Assembly: GCF_009834535.1 (NCBI RefSeq)
Contig: NC_045696.1
Span: 78,246,001 to 78,310,000 of the forward strand
Reading direction: 5' to 3'
Source: Camelus ferus
Lineage: Eukaryota
DNA length: 64,000 nt
This document shows positions 25,095-37,976 of the stretch, one piece after another. The position numbers and the translations under genes were made by a program. The notes under the pieces are model-generated. The model searched no databases. It was not told the DNA's origin and worked only from the letters and a program-made list of their open reading frames with translations. Every line of letters starts with the position of its first letter. Position 1 is the stretch's first letter.

Positions 25095-26730
25095 TCATTT
25101 ATTTAGTGTGACTTCATTTATTATTCAGTCATTCTACTTTTCAGCAATTCTTTCTTGAGCACTTACAACATGCCAGAAATGTTTCTGGGTACTGAGAATA
25201 CAGCAGTAAACATGACACCCAAGGAAATTATATTCCAACAAGAGCAGGTAGATATTAAACAAAAAATATATAAAAGACAGTAAAAATAGTGCATAGTATT
25301 ATAACCAACACTTACTAAATGTTTACCGATGCCAGGTACTCTACGTGCTTTGTGTGAACTCACAATAATTTGTGAGATAAGAACTATTATTTCCATTTTA
25401 CAGATAAGGACCCAGGCACAGAAAGTTTCAGGAACATGTCCGAAGTCATAAAGCAAGCAGTGGGAGGCAAAACTTTAATTCTAGGCAGTCTGACTCTAGC
25501 ATTCACCTTCTTAAGTCCTCACCGTGACGTACCATCAATAATGAAAATATGTGCTCTGGAGGAATAAAGCACAGTAGGTGGGCTAGAGTCATGGAGAAAG
25601 GGGAAGATGACATTTGAACAGAGACCTGAAATAAATAGGAGAACGTGGCCACAAGGACAGACAATTCTAATCTGAGAAGGTCACAAGTGGAAAGCTTCTG
25701 AAGTGGAGTTGTGTTTGCCACGTACCAGAGTATGTCTTATTTCAAATTGGATAGAAACTAATTGAGCAGCATTGACTTAACTGAAGAAACTTGCACCAGT
25801 TGTTAACAGTGAACATGCACATGTGATGTACACGAAGATGCTGGTGTGGCTCAAGTACAGAGCAGGAAGAGGTGGAGCTGTAGAAGATTAAGTCCAAGTC
25901 TGTGAAGTCACAGAGGAATGATGTGATCTGACCTCACTTTTGAAAGGCACATCCCAACTTCTGTGTGGGAAATAGACTGTAGGGGAGCAAGGGTAAAAGC
26001 AGGAGTCAAGTTAGGTCATCATCTCAATGACTAAGGAGAGCTCATTAAGGGTGGTGGAGGTGGAGGTGGTAAGATGGAATCACATCCTAAATATACTTAG
26101 AAAGGGGGAATAGAATTTCCTTATGAATTGGATGCAGCATGGGGGAAAAGAAGACTCAAGATGTTCCATAGTTTGCAACTGAGAACCAAGAGAAATGGAA
26201 AATTCTGAAAAGAAGAAGACCACTGGAGGAACAGGTATGCCTGTAGGTGGTGTGGTGATGAGGTTTTACAGGCTTTGTTGTGGAGCTCAGAAGCCTGAGA
26301 TGTTATTAGGCATCTAAGTGGTAATGCCAGACAGGTAGCTGTATACAGGAGTCTCAAGTTCAGCAAAGAGGTCTGGGCTGGGACTACATATTCAGAAGCT
26401 ACTGAATTACAGATGCTACTCAGAGCCCTGGGACTGAATGAACTCATATAGGGAGTGAGTGTAAAGGGAAAAAAGACGAGTTCCAAGGAGTGAGAGCTGT
26501 GATATTTCAGCTCAGAGGTTAGAAAGAGAAGAAAAAGCCATGAAAATGTGTTATCTGTGATATTAGTAAAAAAAAAAAAAAAAAAAAGTGTTTCAAAAGA
26601 AAAAAAAAAAAAAGGAGAGAACAGCTGTGTCAAATGTTGCTACCAGGTTAAATTACACAAAGACTAAGACATGACTATGGGATTTGGCAACCTGGAGACG
26701 ACTAATGACCTTGACAAGAAGAGTTTCACT
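25095..26730 (-). mobile_element. L2 LINE (long fragment) interrupted by a MIR at ~25290-25500
   Basis: Reverse L2 tail, gacatttgaacagagacctgaa, gagaggtctgggctgg-like motif, tgtgtcaaatgttgct...gatttggcaac...gaccttgacaaga. MIR core ccattttacagataagga. Confidence 0.75.
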
Positions 26731-26904
26731 GGCACATACTGGAAAGGAATTCTTTAATATGGCTAAGGTTTAGAAGTGTGTAAGAATGGTGTGCTCTTCT
26801 ATGTGAATGACAATCTATGAACAAAAGCAGAATAGACAACAAGACTTGTCTGTTGGGGAGGAAGAAATAGGAAGAATGGTTCTGTACACATTAGGAGGGG
26901 AAAG

Positions 26905-28045
26905 GGCAGGTTATAACAGACTAAGAAGTTTCTATTGGTGAGTAAAAAAGCTTTCTAGATTTTTCAAAAAAGTTTTACTATCCAATGATAATGGTAGTTT
27001 ACACTCTGAATGAGAGAGCCAGTCTTAACATCACCAAAATCCCACTCTACCCACTATCCTTCAGGGAAGGTGAGAGGGCAAGAAGGCAGGATGCTGGAGT
27101 GAAGTCACTGTAAGGAGAACTGTAAGGAGAACCACTGTCCTTGCCTCTACTTTCCTTTTCCCCAAGGCAAGTGAGGAGTGCGCCAAGAGACTGACTCAAG
27201 AAGACCGGGTGTTGGCATGGAGAGAATGCTCACAGCTTGTCCTCGGCTCATGACCAATCCTTCATGAACTACGGTACCCACCAGCCTGCCACCAGAGCAG
27301 AACATGTTGAGGGTATTTTTAAGATACTCCAGGAGCATAGGTACTCAGTCCTTTTCTGTCTAATTCCTCAACTACTGTTATGAAGGAGAGTAATTCCCAA
27401 AATGTGGTGAACATGAATACAGTGATTAATGCCCACTCTTTGTCCAGAGATTTCTTAGGGATTAAAAAAATTGGCTTAAAGTGATCGAGGTCAAGAGTAT
27501 CCCCACCCTCTTCTGCGGCGTTCTAAGGGTCTAGAAGGAGTCCCTTGGGCTCCACGTGAAGGAGCGTGTGGTTAGAGAAGGGGCAGCCCAGGTAGCTGCT
27601 AGGTCAAGTAAAGGGACAATCAACCAAGTTATAGGGTGCAGATCATATACCACAACTAAGGTGAAAGATCTTTTAAGAGATGGCTCCTGAGGCTATAAGG
27701 GAGCTAAGATGAAATTATTAACACATTCATGGCAACCATCAGGTCACTAGAGCCATTACCACACAGTGGAGCCAGAACCAGGGATCCCTCCCCATCACCA
27801 CTTTAATTCCTCATCTATCCCTCATCCCTGCCTTCAGTCCTAGACAAAGGGGGTGTCACAGAGCATGATCACATCACCACTTTTCCCTCTAAAGAAACTG
27901 TGGGCCACAGTCTTTAGCCTGTGTTGACTGCGAAGCAACAGGCAAGTCTTAAACACTGAAGCTGCATTAATAAACTAAAGTGACAGAAGAGTTATGGAAT
28001 CTCTTTTAAGGAACTATTACAGGAAATAGAGTTGAAAGCTGTGAT
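26905..28045 (+). mobile_element. Possible ancient Gypsy-type LTR (MamGypLTR-like)
   Basis: Higher-GC block ending in aataaactaaagtgac...gttatggaatc. Confidence 0.35.
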
Positions 28046-30133
28046 TAGAAAAATAAAACGTTATCCAACTTACCCCTGAATGAGTTTAGACTCCTTAATA
28101 ACTTGGTGACACAATTAAACAGATCAATCTGCAGCAACGTCTCTGGTAGTGAAAGTGCTATAATGAAAAAACTGGGAGCAGAGCTTTTTAATTTTGTGGT
28201 CAGGAATAACTTGAAGGAGGAAAACTTTGAGCAAAGACATTTGAACGTGGTGAGGAAGTCAAACACATGAACATCTGGGAATGAACATCCCTGGTAAAAG
28301 GTAAAGACCCAGAATTTTTAAAAAAAAATTCCTTTTGTGGGTTGATTGGCTGATTGAATTACATCATCTTTGTATCTGTGAGAGAACTCTCATATGGGTA
28401 ATGCCTGTGTTTTGATGCTGTAATGTGGAAATAAGGTTTGTTCTGTGAACACTTGGTACATTGTAGATGTTCATAAGCAATGAGCGATAAAATTTTTGAT
28501 AATCAGAAACTACCAAGTTTACTCAAAATTTAATAGAATGGTCACCATATAAATATAGCTAGCATGTATTTGTGACTAGTTTTTTTTTTTTACAGAATAT
28601 ACCAAATAATTAGTGATTTATTAACATCCTCAATATAAAAATGCAACTTCATTAAAGTTTCAATTAATTTTGCTCTAACTCATTTAATAGTCTTATAAAA
28701 TGTGATTTGAACTCTTTAAAATTGTAATATTAGTTCATGGAAATATTTTGAAGTCATTAAAATCACATATTTGAAGAATACAGACATAGAAAAATATTCG
28801 CAATATATTTATTTAAAAATTTAGAAAAAATAGATGAAGAAAAGAGAATGAAAAACTATTACCAATCACTACCTCTAGAATCTGAAAACTTGGAAATTTT
28901 GTATTATGTTTCTTACATTTCAATACTTTTCAGATTTACTAGAGTGAATTTGTATTGCTTTTATAATGGGAGAAAGCAGAATACATGTGTGTATATATAT
29001 AGAAATATATTTATACACATCCCCAATCTCATTAACATACAAAATCTTTTAATTCTTTGGGAAGCAACAAATACAGTGGCTGGCTAATAGTAAACTCTGC
29101 AATTTTATGCTTCCTTACCTTAAAGATTTGTACTACTACATTTAGGATTTCCCTTTATGTTTCTTAAACTGGATTTACAAGCAGTTACTCAGAATTTACA
29201 AACTAATTTTGCAAATTCTACACAGTGCTAATTGTAAATCAATAAGTCTTATCTTGAACTGCAAGTAGTTTGCTTTAACTCTTTGCTTCACCCTTGGGAA
29301 TGCAAAAACTAAAAAAAATCCCATCAAATCTACGCTGAAGCCTGCTTTTATTTTTGGCTCCTATTTTATCACTTGCTAGTCTCCATGATACAGAACACAA
29401 CTGTCAAAGTAAGCGGTGCTGTTTCAGATCGGTCATTTGACTCATTATGAAATGCATTTATGGGAATCAAAGGCAAGATGAAGAAACATTAGGGTATGTT
29501 TTCATTTTCAGGAAAGCAACAAAATTTGTATATAAGCAACTTGTACACCAAGGTAATACCTATAACAAAACATAATGGACTGAAGTCTTGTTCTCCTTAA
29601 AGGTTCATTTTTAAATCAGAGGAAAGCATAGCTAGCAGCAAACATCTTATTAAACAAGTGTGCAAATGCAAAAGGCAGAAGCCTCTAGGGCCATGTTAAT
29701 TATCTCAGGGTCGCAGGCATTAAGAATCCTGTCTGGCAGTTTCTCAGGCAGTCAGATGGCAGTGCCAACACGCAAGCATCCCCAAGGTCCTGCAGTTACA
29801 GCACTGTCATATTTCAAATGACAGGTAATACTTAAGAACACGCCAACACTAACCTCCTCAATTATAGTCAATGTCAAGGTTTTACAACTGGAGGAACTGC
29901 TAATTTCTAACATACATATTGCCTGACAAAAAGAACTTTATAAAAATAAGTGTTTAAAGTACCTATTGCAAGATGCTAAAAAAAATCTTAGGAATGCTCA
30001 CACACAGAGCATACATTCTCTTTTAGAATGAGGATCATTTTTGTAGCATTTATAGCACAAGAAAACCTCAGAGCAGTTTAATGGGTCTGAAATTCATTCT
30101 CCTTGCCTATAGTGACATTTTATCACAAGGTAT

Positions 30134-30169
30134 TTCAAGTTAGATTTAATTCAAGTTAGATTTAATTCA
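30134..30169 (+). repeat. 16-bp tandem duplication
   Basis: ttcaagttagatttaa x2 plus a partial copy. Confidence 0.9.
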
Positions 30170-32358
30170 TTTTTCAATATAATATTAATCATATTAAGTT
30201 ATAAATTTATACCTACACAGACATGGTGTCATTTCATCAAGTTACATTTTTTCCTACCTTTAACTAGGATAACATTTTTCTATCTTTCAGTTTCTTTGTG
30301 AATATTTGCAACTGATATGCTGGCTCTGTCAACACCTGCTCTTTCTAGTTTTTCTTTTACTTATAAGTCTCCTAACAGGCCACAGAGAGCCACCTGGATG
30401 TCAGTGTGTGTTCCAAGTAAACCTCACATGGTGTAGCCTTTGACAGGAAACCACAAGTCCCACTTAGGGTCAAGTTTAATATCCCAAATTTTAAAATTAA
30501 CAGAATGTGTCTAAAAGATTAAGTTATAGTGGAAATTTCAGCTTTACCTGATGGAGACCGTTAAGGGAAGCAACTGGGCAAAGGAGAGAGACATTGAAGA
30601 ATGAGACAGATTCATGAAGGCTGAACTATGAAAACAAAAATTAAGGCTTTGGACTACTTGCAGGTTTTCCACTAGACATCTTTCATCCTTCTCAGAAAAT
30701 CTGCAATCATGGGTTCATAGATCATTAGTAGTCTTCAACAAATAGGAGCTGTGTGAATGCATTCAAATTTTGCTTTTATATACATGTGCATATTTTTCTG
30801 GGGAAAGTGTGTAATATTCATCAACTTCTTAGAGGAATATACAATCCCACAATTTAAACTATTATAACATAATCTATGGGACCTTTTACTTCCCCAAAAT
30901 ATTCATTTATAAATGGAAAACATGGAAACACATTGAGGTAAGAGATATTTGAGACTCAATTAAGTTTTAATTTGCAAATAACAGAGCATTGATTTTCTTT
31001 TTTTCAAATTTTGTTGGACAAAAATGTTGCAAGTTCAAGTATTTAAGCATTATACTTGTTTAGAGTCTTATAATATGATTATATTTTGGGTGATGAGTTA
31101 TTTTATGAATTTAATACTTTTTAGGAAGTATCAACATGTCTTTAGAAATTTAGAAGACATTCTAATTGTTTTAAATGTATAAAAATGTTACAGTCATAAG
31201 AAAATGAATTGTGGTAGAATTTTCATGAAAATCTTTTAATATTTACTTGTAAATGCACTTGAAATGTCTGAAACTTTGGTTTAAATTAATGTACCTTACA
31301 CCATATTACCTCTGATTGTGAGAAAAATAATGCAAAATTAGCCTGCAAATCAAGCTGTCAAGGACATGTGAGGTATCTCAATCCTTGTTTTGATTCTATG
31401 TCAAATGTGTAACAATTGTTCTCAGGAATGTAGTTAGAGACTTGCATATTTTAAAGTGAGTAAAACCATAAAACAGGGAAATTATTAAATCCTAACGTAT
31501 CTATTATTTTGGTGATACTTTGTGATATATGTTTCAGATCAACTTCCCCTCAGAGAAAGAGATGCTTTTAAAATTGTTTTGGTTTGTTGAAGCAGAAGAA
31601 CTCAGTGACTGGAGCACATGAGGAAGAGGGGTAAGGATTGCATCACCTCGCCTTGTTCTGTTTTGATTGGCATGGGAAACTTCTCACTCTGTTAAGTGAT
31701 AGCTGCTCAGCTGGCTGCTCTGGCCCAGCACCATCTAGATGGCTAAGTTTCTGAAGGTTAATTTCAGCTTCTGGCTAAAATGCCCTTGTTTGTATTGACT
31801 TGCCTTGCCTTCTTACAGGTGAATAATTCCAGATATAGTTTTAGGTCAGTTCCATCTAGATACAAGATAAAGGGTTTAAAAAAACAAATGAAGAGAAGCT
31901 ACTTTACTTTTGCTAGGAGTTCACAATAAATGCTTGCTTTGACCTGAAAACTTTAAAAAACAACCATTTGCCATTTCAACGGGACTGCACATGAGCCTCG
32001 GTCACTGCCAAAAATATGAAATTCTAAGTAAGGGCAAGCAGAGGACTCTCCACCAGTGTTTTATTTCTGATCCATATTCTTCTTTTTTTTTTTTAAGACT
32101 AGAAAATATACTGTATTAAGATCACAAATTTCAATCACATATATCTTCTATTTATGAAATGAAGAGAAATTGGGAAGCCAGAGAATTTGGGGAAGAACAT
32201 ATTGAATGTTCAAATTACTTTAATTTGGAATTAACATAATCTCATCAGGTTATCAGAGCTAATTTTTTTACTGTCATTTAAGCATCTGGTCACATAGCCT
32301 TTTCAACTGAATTGATCATGTTACATAATAAAACTACACATTGTTTTTCTTTCCTTAA

Positions 32359-32429
32359 TGGTCCTGATTTGGTAGAGAATTTGGTCCTGATTTGGTAGAG
32401 AATTTGGTCCTGATTTGGTAGAGAATTTG
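32359..32429 (+). repeat. 23-bp minisatellite, 3 perfect copies
   Basis: ggtcctgatttggtagagaattt x3. Confidence 0.95.
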
Positions 32430-32759
32430 TGGGGAGATGTTTTGCAATTGAAACTGGGATGCAGTTTTGAATTTCATACGGTATTTTTCCACCTGTGCTG
32501 CTTTGAATCTAGAAGCATTTATGAAGTCACTGGTGCGTAACTTCATTTTTCATCCACTGGCACTAATTTTAATTTTATTAGATATATTTGCACCTGCTAC
32601 AATCAAAAGCAACATAGTAAGTGAACAAAGGAAGGTTTCATTTCATGGAGGAATGGAGTGTGTGTATAGGGCAGAATGTTAACATTCCTTCATGGGGTGG
32701 CACTTGAAGAAACAAAGAATGCACAAACCCAAATCCACCCATTCATCCTTCACTGAAAC

Positions 32760-33282
32760 AGAGGCAGAGATAATGCTGAAGTGTGGAGGTTCCCATTGCA
32801 ATTGTTGTCATATGCAGAGGAGCCCATAAACTAGCGACGGAGGAAAGACTGAAGGCCAAATTCAGCCTGTAGAAACTTCGTTGGGCAGGTTCATGAGTTT
32901 TCAAAATAACCCACTGGAATCTCTTTAGATGTGTCCCCCAGTGGACCACAGTTGCCGCCACTCCTTACCATCATATATCCAGCCCCATCCTTTACGTGAG
33001 CTGCCTTGCATCTGAAAATACTGCAGTTTCGTACCTCTGTTAGGCTGTCTTTTCCTCTTACTTTAAACCACAGATGCTTCTTCATTTTTAAACAGGAAGA
33101 TAGTGCTTTCCCAGTGGGTCAGCAATTTCATCTTTCTGGATACACTTTCTGACTTTCTGCCCACTTGTGGCCAAATATTTATCTCTTGTCCATTCTTTCA
33201 AAATTTCACCTGTCTCCAAATTACAGGAAACTATGTGTATTTTCTCACCAAAATTGCCTGGAACTTTATAAGCTTAAACAAT
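32760..33282 (-). pseudogene. Fossil exon, end of linker
   Basis: Acceptor attctgcAG. AYKVPGNFGEKIHIVSCNLETGEILKEWTRDKYLATSGQKVRKCIQ matches 'M.S..GE.V.....G.VE.WL..VE..M...+..I'. Later AGYMMV/VAATVVHWGTHLKR matches 'PGQ..L...QI.WT..VE'. Confidence 0.6.
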
Positions 33283-33629
33283 CTGCAGAATCAAGTTTTT
33301 CATCAGTAAAAAAAAAAAAAAAATTCTATTGTTAGTAATTCATTTGTTAGAATGGCAAAAGTGAGATAGAATCAAGATGGAGAGATGGTAAATACAGACT
33401 TGAATTTTCCCCCAACAAACTTTCCCGATTCTGTATTTTCTCCATTAAAAAAGAAATAATTCTCGTGTTTTCTATTAAAACAAATTTTTTGAAATCTTAT
33501 GCACTTGACCTTTACAACTACTTCCTTTATGCATGTGAAGATGTCTCATGACAAAGTTTGGAAATACAGTTGCAAAGCTTTTAGAAGGTTTACACAATGC
33601 CAACAGCCTTGCCAAAATTGTGGTCTTTA

Positions 33630-33800
33630 AACGCTTCATTTAATACGCACCATTACCCTATAGGGGACATGTTATTCTCTTTCTGATTGATGAGGAAAAA
33701 GAATCAGAGAGGTCATGTAACTTGGTGAAGAATGGTTAGAATATGGTAGAGCAAGAATTTGTGCATGTTTGACTTTAAAGTTGGGTCTCTCAACTCCCCA
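33630..33800 (-). mobile_element. MIR SINE
   Basis: gatgaggaaaaagaatcagagaggtcatgtaacttg. Confidence 0.55.
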
Positions 33801-34162
33801 CTAACCCGTTCCATCATTTCACAGCTTTTCAGTGGGTTGCAAGCTTACCCAGCACCAACACACGAAGACATTTTTCATATACCGCCTGCTCGATGGGGAC
33901 ATTCAAACTTCAACACAACCTGGATTGAAGGGCACGTATTTTGCTACCCTCCAATGAAGATATGCTAACACAATTTTAAAAGCAAACCACTGGATAAGAG
34001 TGAATATCTGGAACCAAAAGCAACCATTACTATCACCCAAAGTGAAAAAATGAGAATTTGATTCAAATTCAGTTTTCGAAAAGCAGCATTTTAGTTACCT
34101 AACTTAAATCATCTCAAAAGGTAACAGATGCTTTTAGACACTCATTTTCTCTCATTTTTATA

Positions 34163-34370
34163 CCTAATAAACGTTTTTATTCATGAAATGCTATTTGCAC
34201 ACCTGCGTGGGTGGCAATACCACCCTCAGCTCATCTCCCTTACTGTCGTGTATCAGAATCTCAGCAACTCGATTCTATCACCTAATTCACCAAAATGTAT
34301 ATGTTGCTCTGACAACTGAAAGCTACAACCCTCTGTTAGAGTGTATGAAATTCTGGCAACTTGTTTTCAG
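34163..34370 (-). pseudogene. Possible fossil exon, linker
   Basis: HFGELGDRIELLRF aligns without gaps to the 'HL.KCF..I..L.F' motif. Boundaries unclear. Confidence 0.3.
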
Positions 34371-34693
34371 CTCATTAAAAAATAAAACTGCAAAAAATAT
34401 TACTGCTCTTTTTCATTCTAATATCTTGTTCTACTACACTAGGAAAGAGAAAGTCCTTGACTTTTTAAAAGTTTATGCCCTTTTCACTGTAATACACACA
34501 ATAATATTCTGTGAAAAGGTGAAAAAATTTACCCATAAACCATTTAGTTTTTTTCTCCCCTCTTACCTATGACTTCTAATAAAATTTACTATCAAGAAAT
34601 ATGATGATTTTCCATTTTTTCTTTAAGATATCACTCATCTATGAGGTAGGTATTTCTCTATTTCAAGTTACTATACAAAAAGTAACCACCTTG

Positions 34694-35506
34694 ACAATGA
34701 GGTATTACCTCACATCAGTCAGAATGGCCATGATTCAAAAGTCCACAAATAATAAATGCCAGAGAGGGTGTGGAGAAAAGGGGACCCTCCTTCTCTGTTG
34801 GTGGGAATGCAGTTTGGTGCAGCCATTGTGGAAAACAGTATAAAGATTCCTCAAAGACTAAAAATAGACTTACCATATGACCCACTCCTGGGCGTATATT
34901 CAGAAGGAACCCTACTTCAAAAAGATACCTGCACCCCAATGTTCACAGCAGCACTATTCACAACAGCCAAGACATGGAAACAACCTAAATGTCCTTCTAC
35001 AGATGACTAGATAAAGTTATATTTATACAATGGAATACTACTCAGCCATAAAAAATGACAACATAATGCCATTTGCAACAACATGGATGTCCTGGAGAAT
35101 GTCATTCTAAATGAGTTAAGCCAGAAAGAGAAAGAAAAATACCATATGATATCACTCATATGTGGAATCCAAAGGAAAAAAAAAAAAGAAGACGAATGAA
35201 CTTATATATAAAACAGAAACAGACTCACAGACATAGAACAGAGACTTGTGGTTGCCAGAGGGGAGGGAGGTGGGAAGGGATAAACTGGGAGTTTGAGATC
35301 TGCAGATACTGACAGGTATATATAAAATAGATAGACAAGTTTATATTGTATAGCACAGGGAAATATTTTCAATATCTTATAGTAGCTCATAGTGAAAAAA
35401 TATGAAAATTAATATATGTATATTCATGTATGACTGAAAAATTGTGCTTTATTACAGAAATTGACACAACATTGTAAACTGACTGAAACTCTATTAAAAA
35501 AAAAAA
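34694..35506 (+). mobile_element. 5'-truncated lineage-specific L1 with ORF2 C-terminus
   Basis: [49 protein letters not shown] and TCTPMFTAALFTTAKTWKQPKCPS match the L1 ORF2 C-terminal region. PolyA tail. TSD taaccaccttg at 34683-34693 and 35507-35517. Confidence 0.95.
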
Positions 35507-37248
35507 TAACCACCTTGGCCTGTTTTGAATTTTAGTAGTCTACTCTTTGGTGTCATTTAGTTAATTTAGTTGTCTTTTTTCTTTCCCCCTATTTTTCTAT
35601 TACTTAAGCTTTTGGCTTTCTACAAAGATTTCCATAACCATACATGGACAGTCATCATAGATTACTTGAGCAGTCAGAATTTTAATACAGATTGATCCTA
35701 TTTAACAATTTTATAGAAATATATGTATATACTTATATTTAATATTTTCAATACTTCTATTTATAAATAATATATATTGTATAAAGTAGTGTGTGGTTTA
35801 CAAAAATCATGCATACCTATTATCTTAAACTTCAAAGAGCTGTATGACAGAGGGGTGGTATTATTAGCCTCATGTTTTTACAGGGAAAAAACTGAAAGCA
35901 AAGAATGCAGTAGTTTATGTATGACCCAAAGTGGCAGAAGTGTTTTCTGACATCACAATCTTTCCCCTGCTCTCTCCCAGTCCCATATAATTGTCTTATC
36001 CCCAAATTTTGTGTTACCTTTACAATGTAAATCTTATATGCCTAACAATTTACTACCTACCCCTATCAATGAACTGGCTAACAGATATTTTATTTAGGAA
36101 AAATAATAAAAAAGGATATGGAATCCAAATACATCTAAGAAATCTAAGTTGTGTTCCTCAATGATGTTGTAATACCAAAAAGTGTCATATTCTGTCCACA
36201 GTATCTTGGTCTCCTGTTGAATCACATTATCTTGCATTCTAACATTAAACTTTTCATTTTTATCACTGATGTCAAGGAACACATTTGTTATAAACTTATT
36301 TTAGCATACAATGACTATATGTCATTCAGCATCTCTGTATAAGGTCTAAAGTATTTCTAGAATCTTATGCCAGAGAAAACTAAGAATTTGATTAGCTTTC
36401 TGCTTTCTGATAATGAAAGCTCTGTAGCCAACGATGTTTCTTGTTTTCTCCTGGCTAACAGAAAGCTCCAAATCAGTTTCTCAATCACAAAAATGATATA
36501 AGTTTATGATAGACATACCTTCTTCCTTTCCACTAGTTTCTTTTTTCTTATTCAATGAATGCTATTTACAATTTTGAGAAACAATGAGGCTTGAATTTGA
36601 ATATAAGTAATTTATTATAGCCAAGGAAGTCTAATATATTTGAAAATTTAAAAATCTCTTGTATGTTTTGTATACATATTACTTACTCTGAATAGATATA
36701 ACTTTAAGTGCTGATTTGGATGCTTCTTAAAGTTGAAAAATAATTTTTGTATTTAATAATGTAATTTGTATGAGTTATTAATTTGTATCTAATAATGATT
36801 TATAAAAATTAAATACAAATAGTTAATATTGATATTCAATATTTGTATTCTGTTATCTCCCTAGTACCAAGATGGGCATCTTGTACATGGAAAGAATTCA
36901 AAACAATACCCTGTTGATTATTCTTTTTAGAAGATCCACTTGTGGGCATGTATTAAAATATTCTACTTGTTTCTAAATAGTAGCAACTTTACCATATTAT
37001 TGTCAGCCTTTTCAAATGCTGCAGGAAACTTACAAAAATCATACAGGATATTTTTAGAGTTAAGTGTTATTTATTTAGGTTTGAAAAATATTTTGTCAGG
37101 TCAAAAGATCATATCAGAAAGCTTTCAGATAAAAAAGGGGGCTTAAGTCTAAATATCTTCTAACCAATTTACCAATCAACCAAAAAAAAAATTTTCTCAC
37201 AAACTTCCTATCACAGTCAAAACAACCAACTCTAGGAAATTTGAGATC

Positions 37249-37584
37249 TGCTGTAGGTCTGAATGTTTGTCCCCCCAAAATTTATATGCTGACATCCTAA
37301 TGACCAATGTGATGACTGTAGTCTGTGGGAGGTGATCAGGTCATGAAGTAGAGTCTTCATGAACAGGATCAGTGCTTTTATAAAGGAGACCCATAATGCT
37401 CCCTCGCCCCTTCCACCAGGTGAGCACACGAGAAGTCTTCAGCCTGGAAGCGGGCTCTCTCTCAACCAGGCTAGCCCCCTGACCTCAGACTTTCAGCCTC
37501 TACAAGTGTGAGGAATAAATCCTGCTGCTCATAAGCCGCCTGGACTGTGGTGTTCTAGTATAGCATCCCTAAAGGACCAAGACA
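37249..37584 (+). mobile_element. MaLR solo LTR (MLT1A/MST-like)
   Basis: tctgaatgtttgtccccccaaaatttatatg start; cagcctctacaagtgtgaggaataaa...aagaCA end. Confidence 0.8.
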
Positions 37585-37904
37585 AGGTCCTTAAAACAAA
37601 TAACTCTGAGAGCTCTTTCAGAGCAAATATAGTGCCACACTCATCCTTATATCTCCAGGGTCTAGTAGAGAGCTGGACCCAAGGTAGGCGCTCCACAAAT
37701 TTTGAGTGGTTGCAGAAATGGATCATTTAAGATGATGCTAGTGGAGTATGTGCTCTGAGCTGCTTTCCCCTAGTAAGACTGATTTCTGCTGATCCATCAA
37801 TGTATTCCCAGCCAATCTTCCTCAGCCAAAGCATGCCTTTGAGAGTTGGCAGGCTAGGATTTGGTGTTTAGTCTCTGGCAAGAAACAGAATGAGAGGTAA
37901 GTGG

Positions 37905-37976
37905 ACTGCAAAGGGTATTCCTCTCTTGACCCTGGCCTTATTAACGCTGTGCTTTAACTAACTGAGTTAACCAACC
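37905..37976 (-). pseudogene. tRNA-Ile(AAT)-derived relic (tRNA pseudogene or head of an ancient SINE)
   Basis: Reverse strand ggttggttaactcagttagttaaagcacagcgttaataaggccagggtc versus tRNA-Ile GGCCGGTTAGCTCAGTTGGTTAGAGCGTGGTGCTAATAACGCCAAGGTC. T-arm degenerate. Confidence 0.6.

Noticed and set aside
26121..26633. Longest ORF in the track (170 aa)
   Set aside because: Lies within an L2 fragment and poly-T tracts; low-complexity, with no gene structure.
32359..32429. CRISPR-like 23-bp repeats
   Set aside because: No spacers (head-to-tail copies), mammalian DNA and no cas genes.
34601..35010. ORFs with clear protein similarity
   Set aside because: Broken L1 ORF2 C-terminus, not a host gene.
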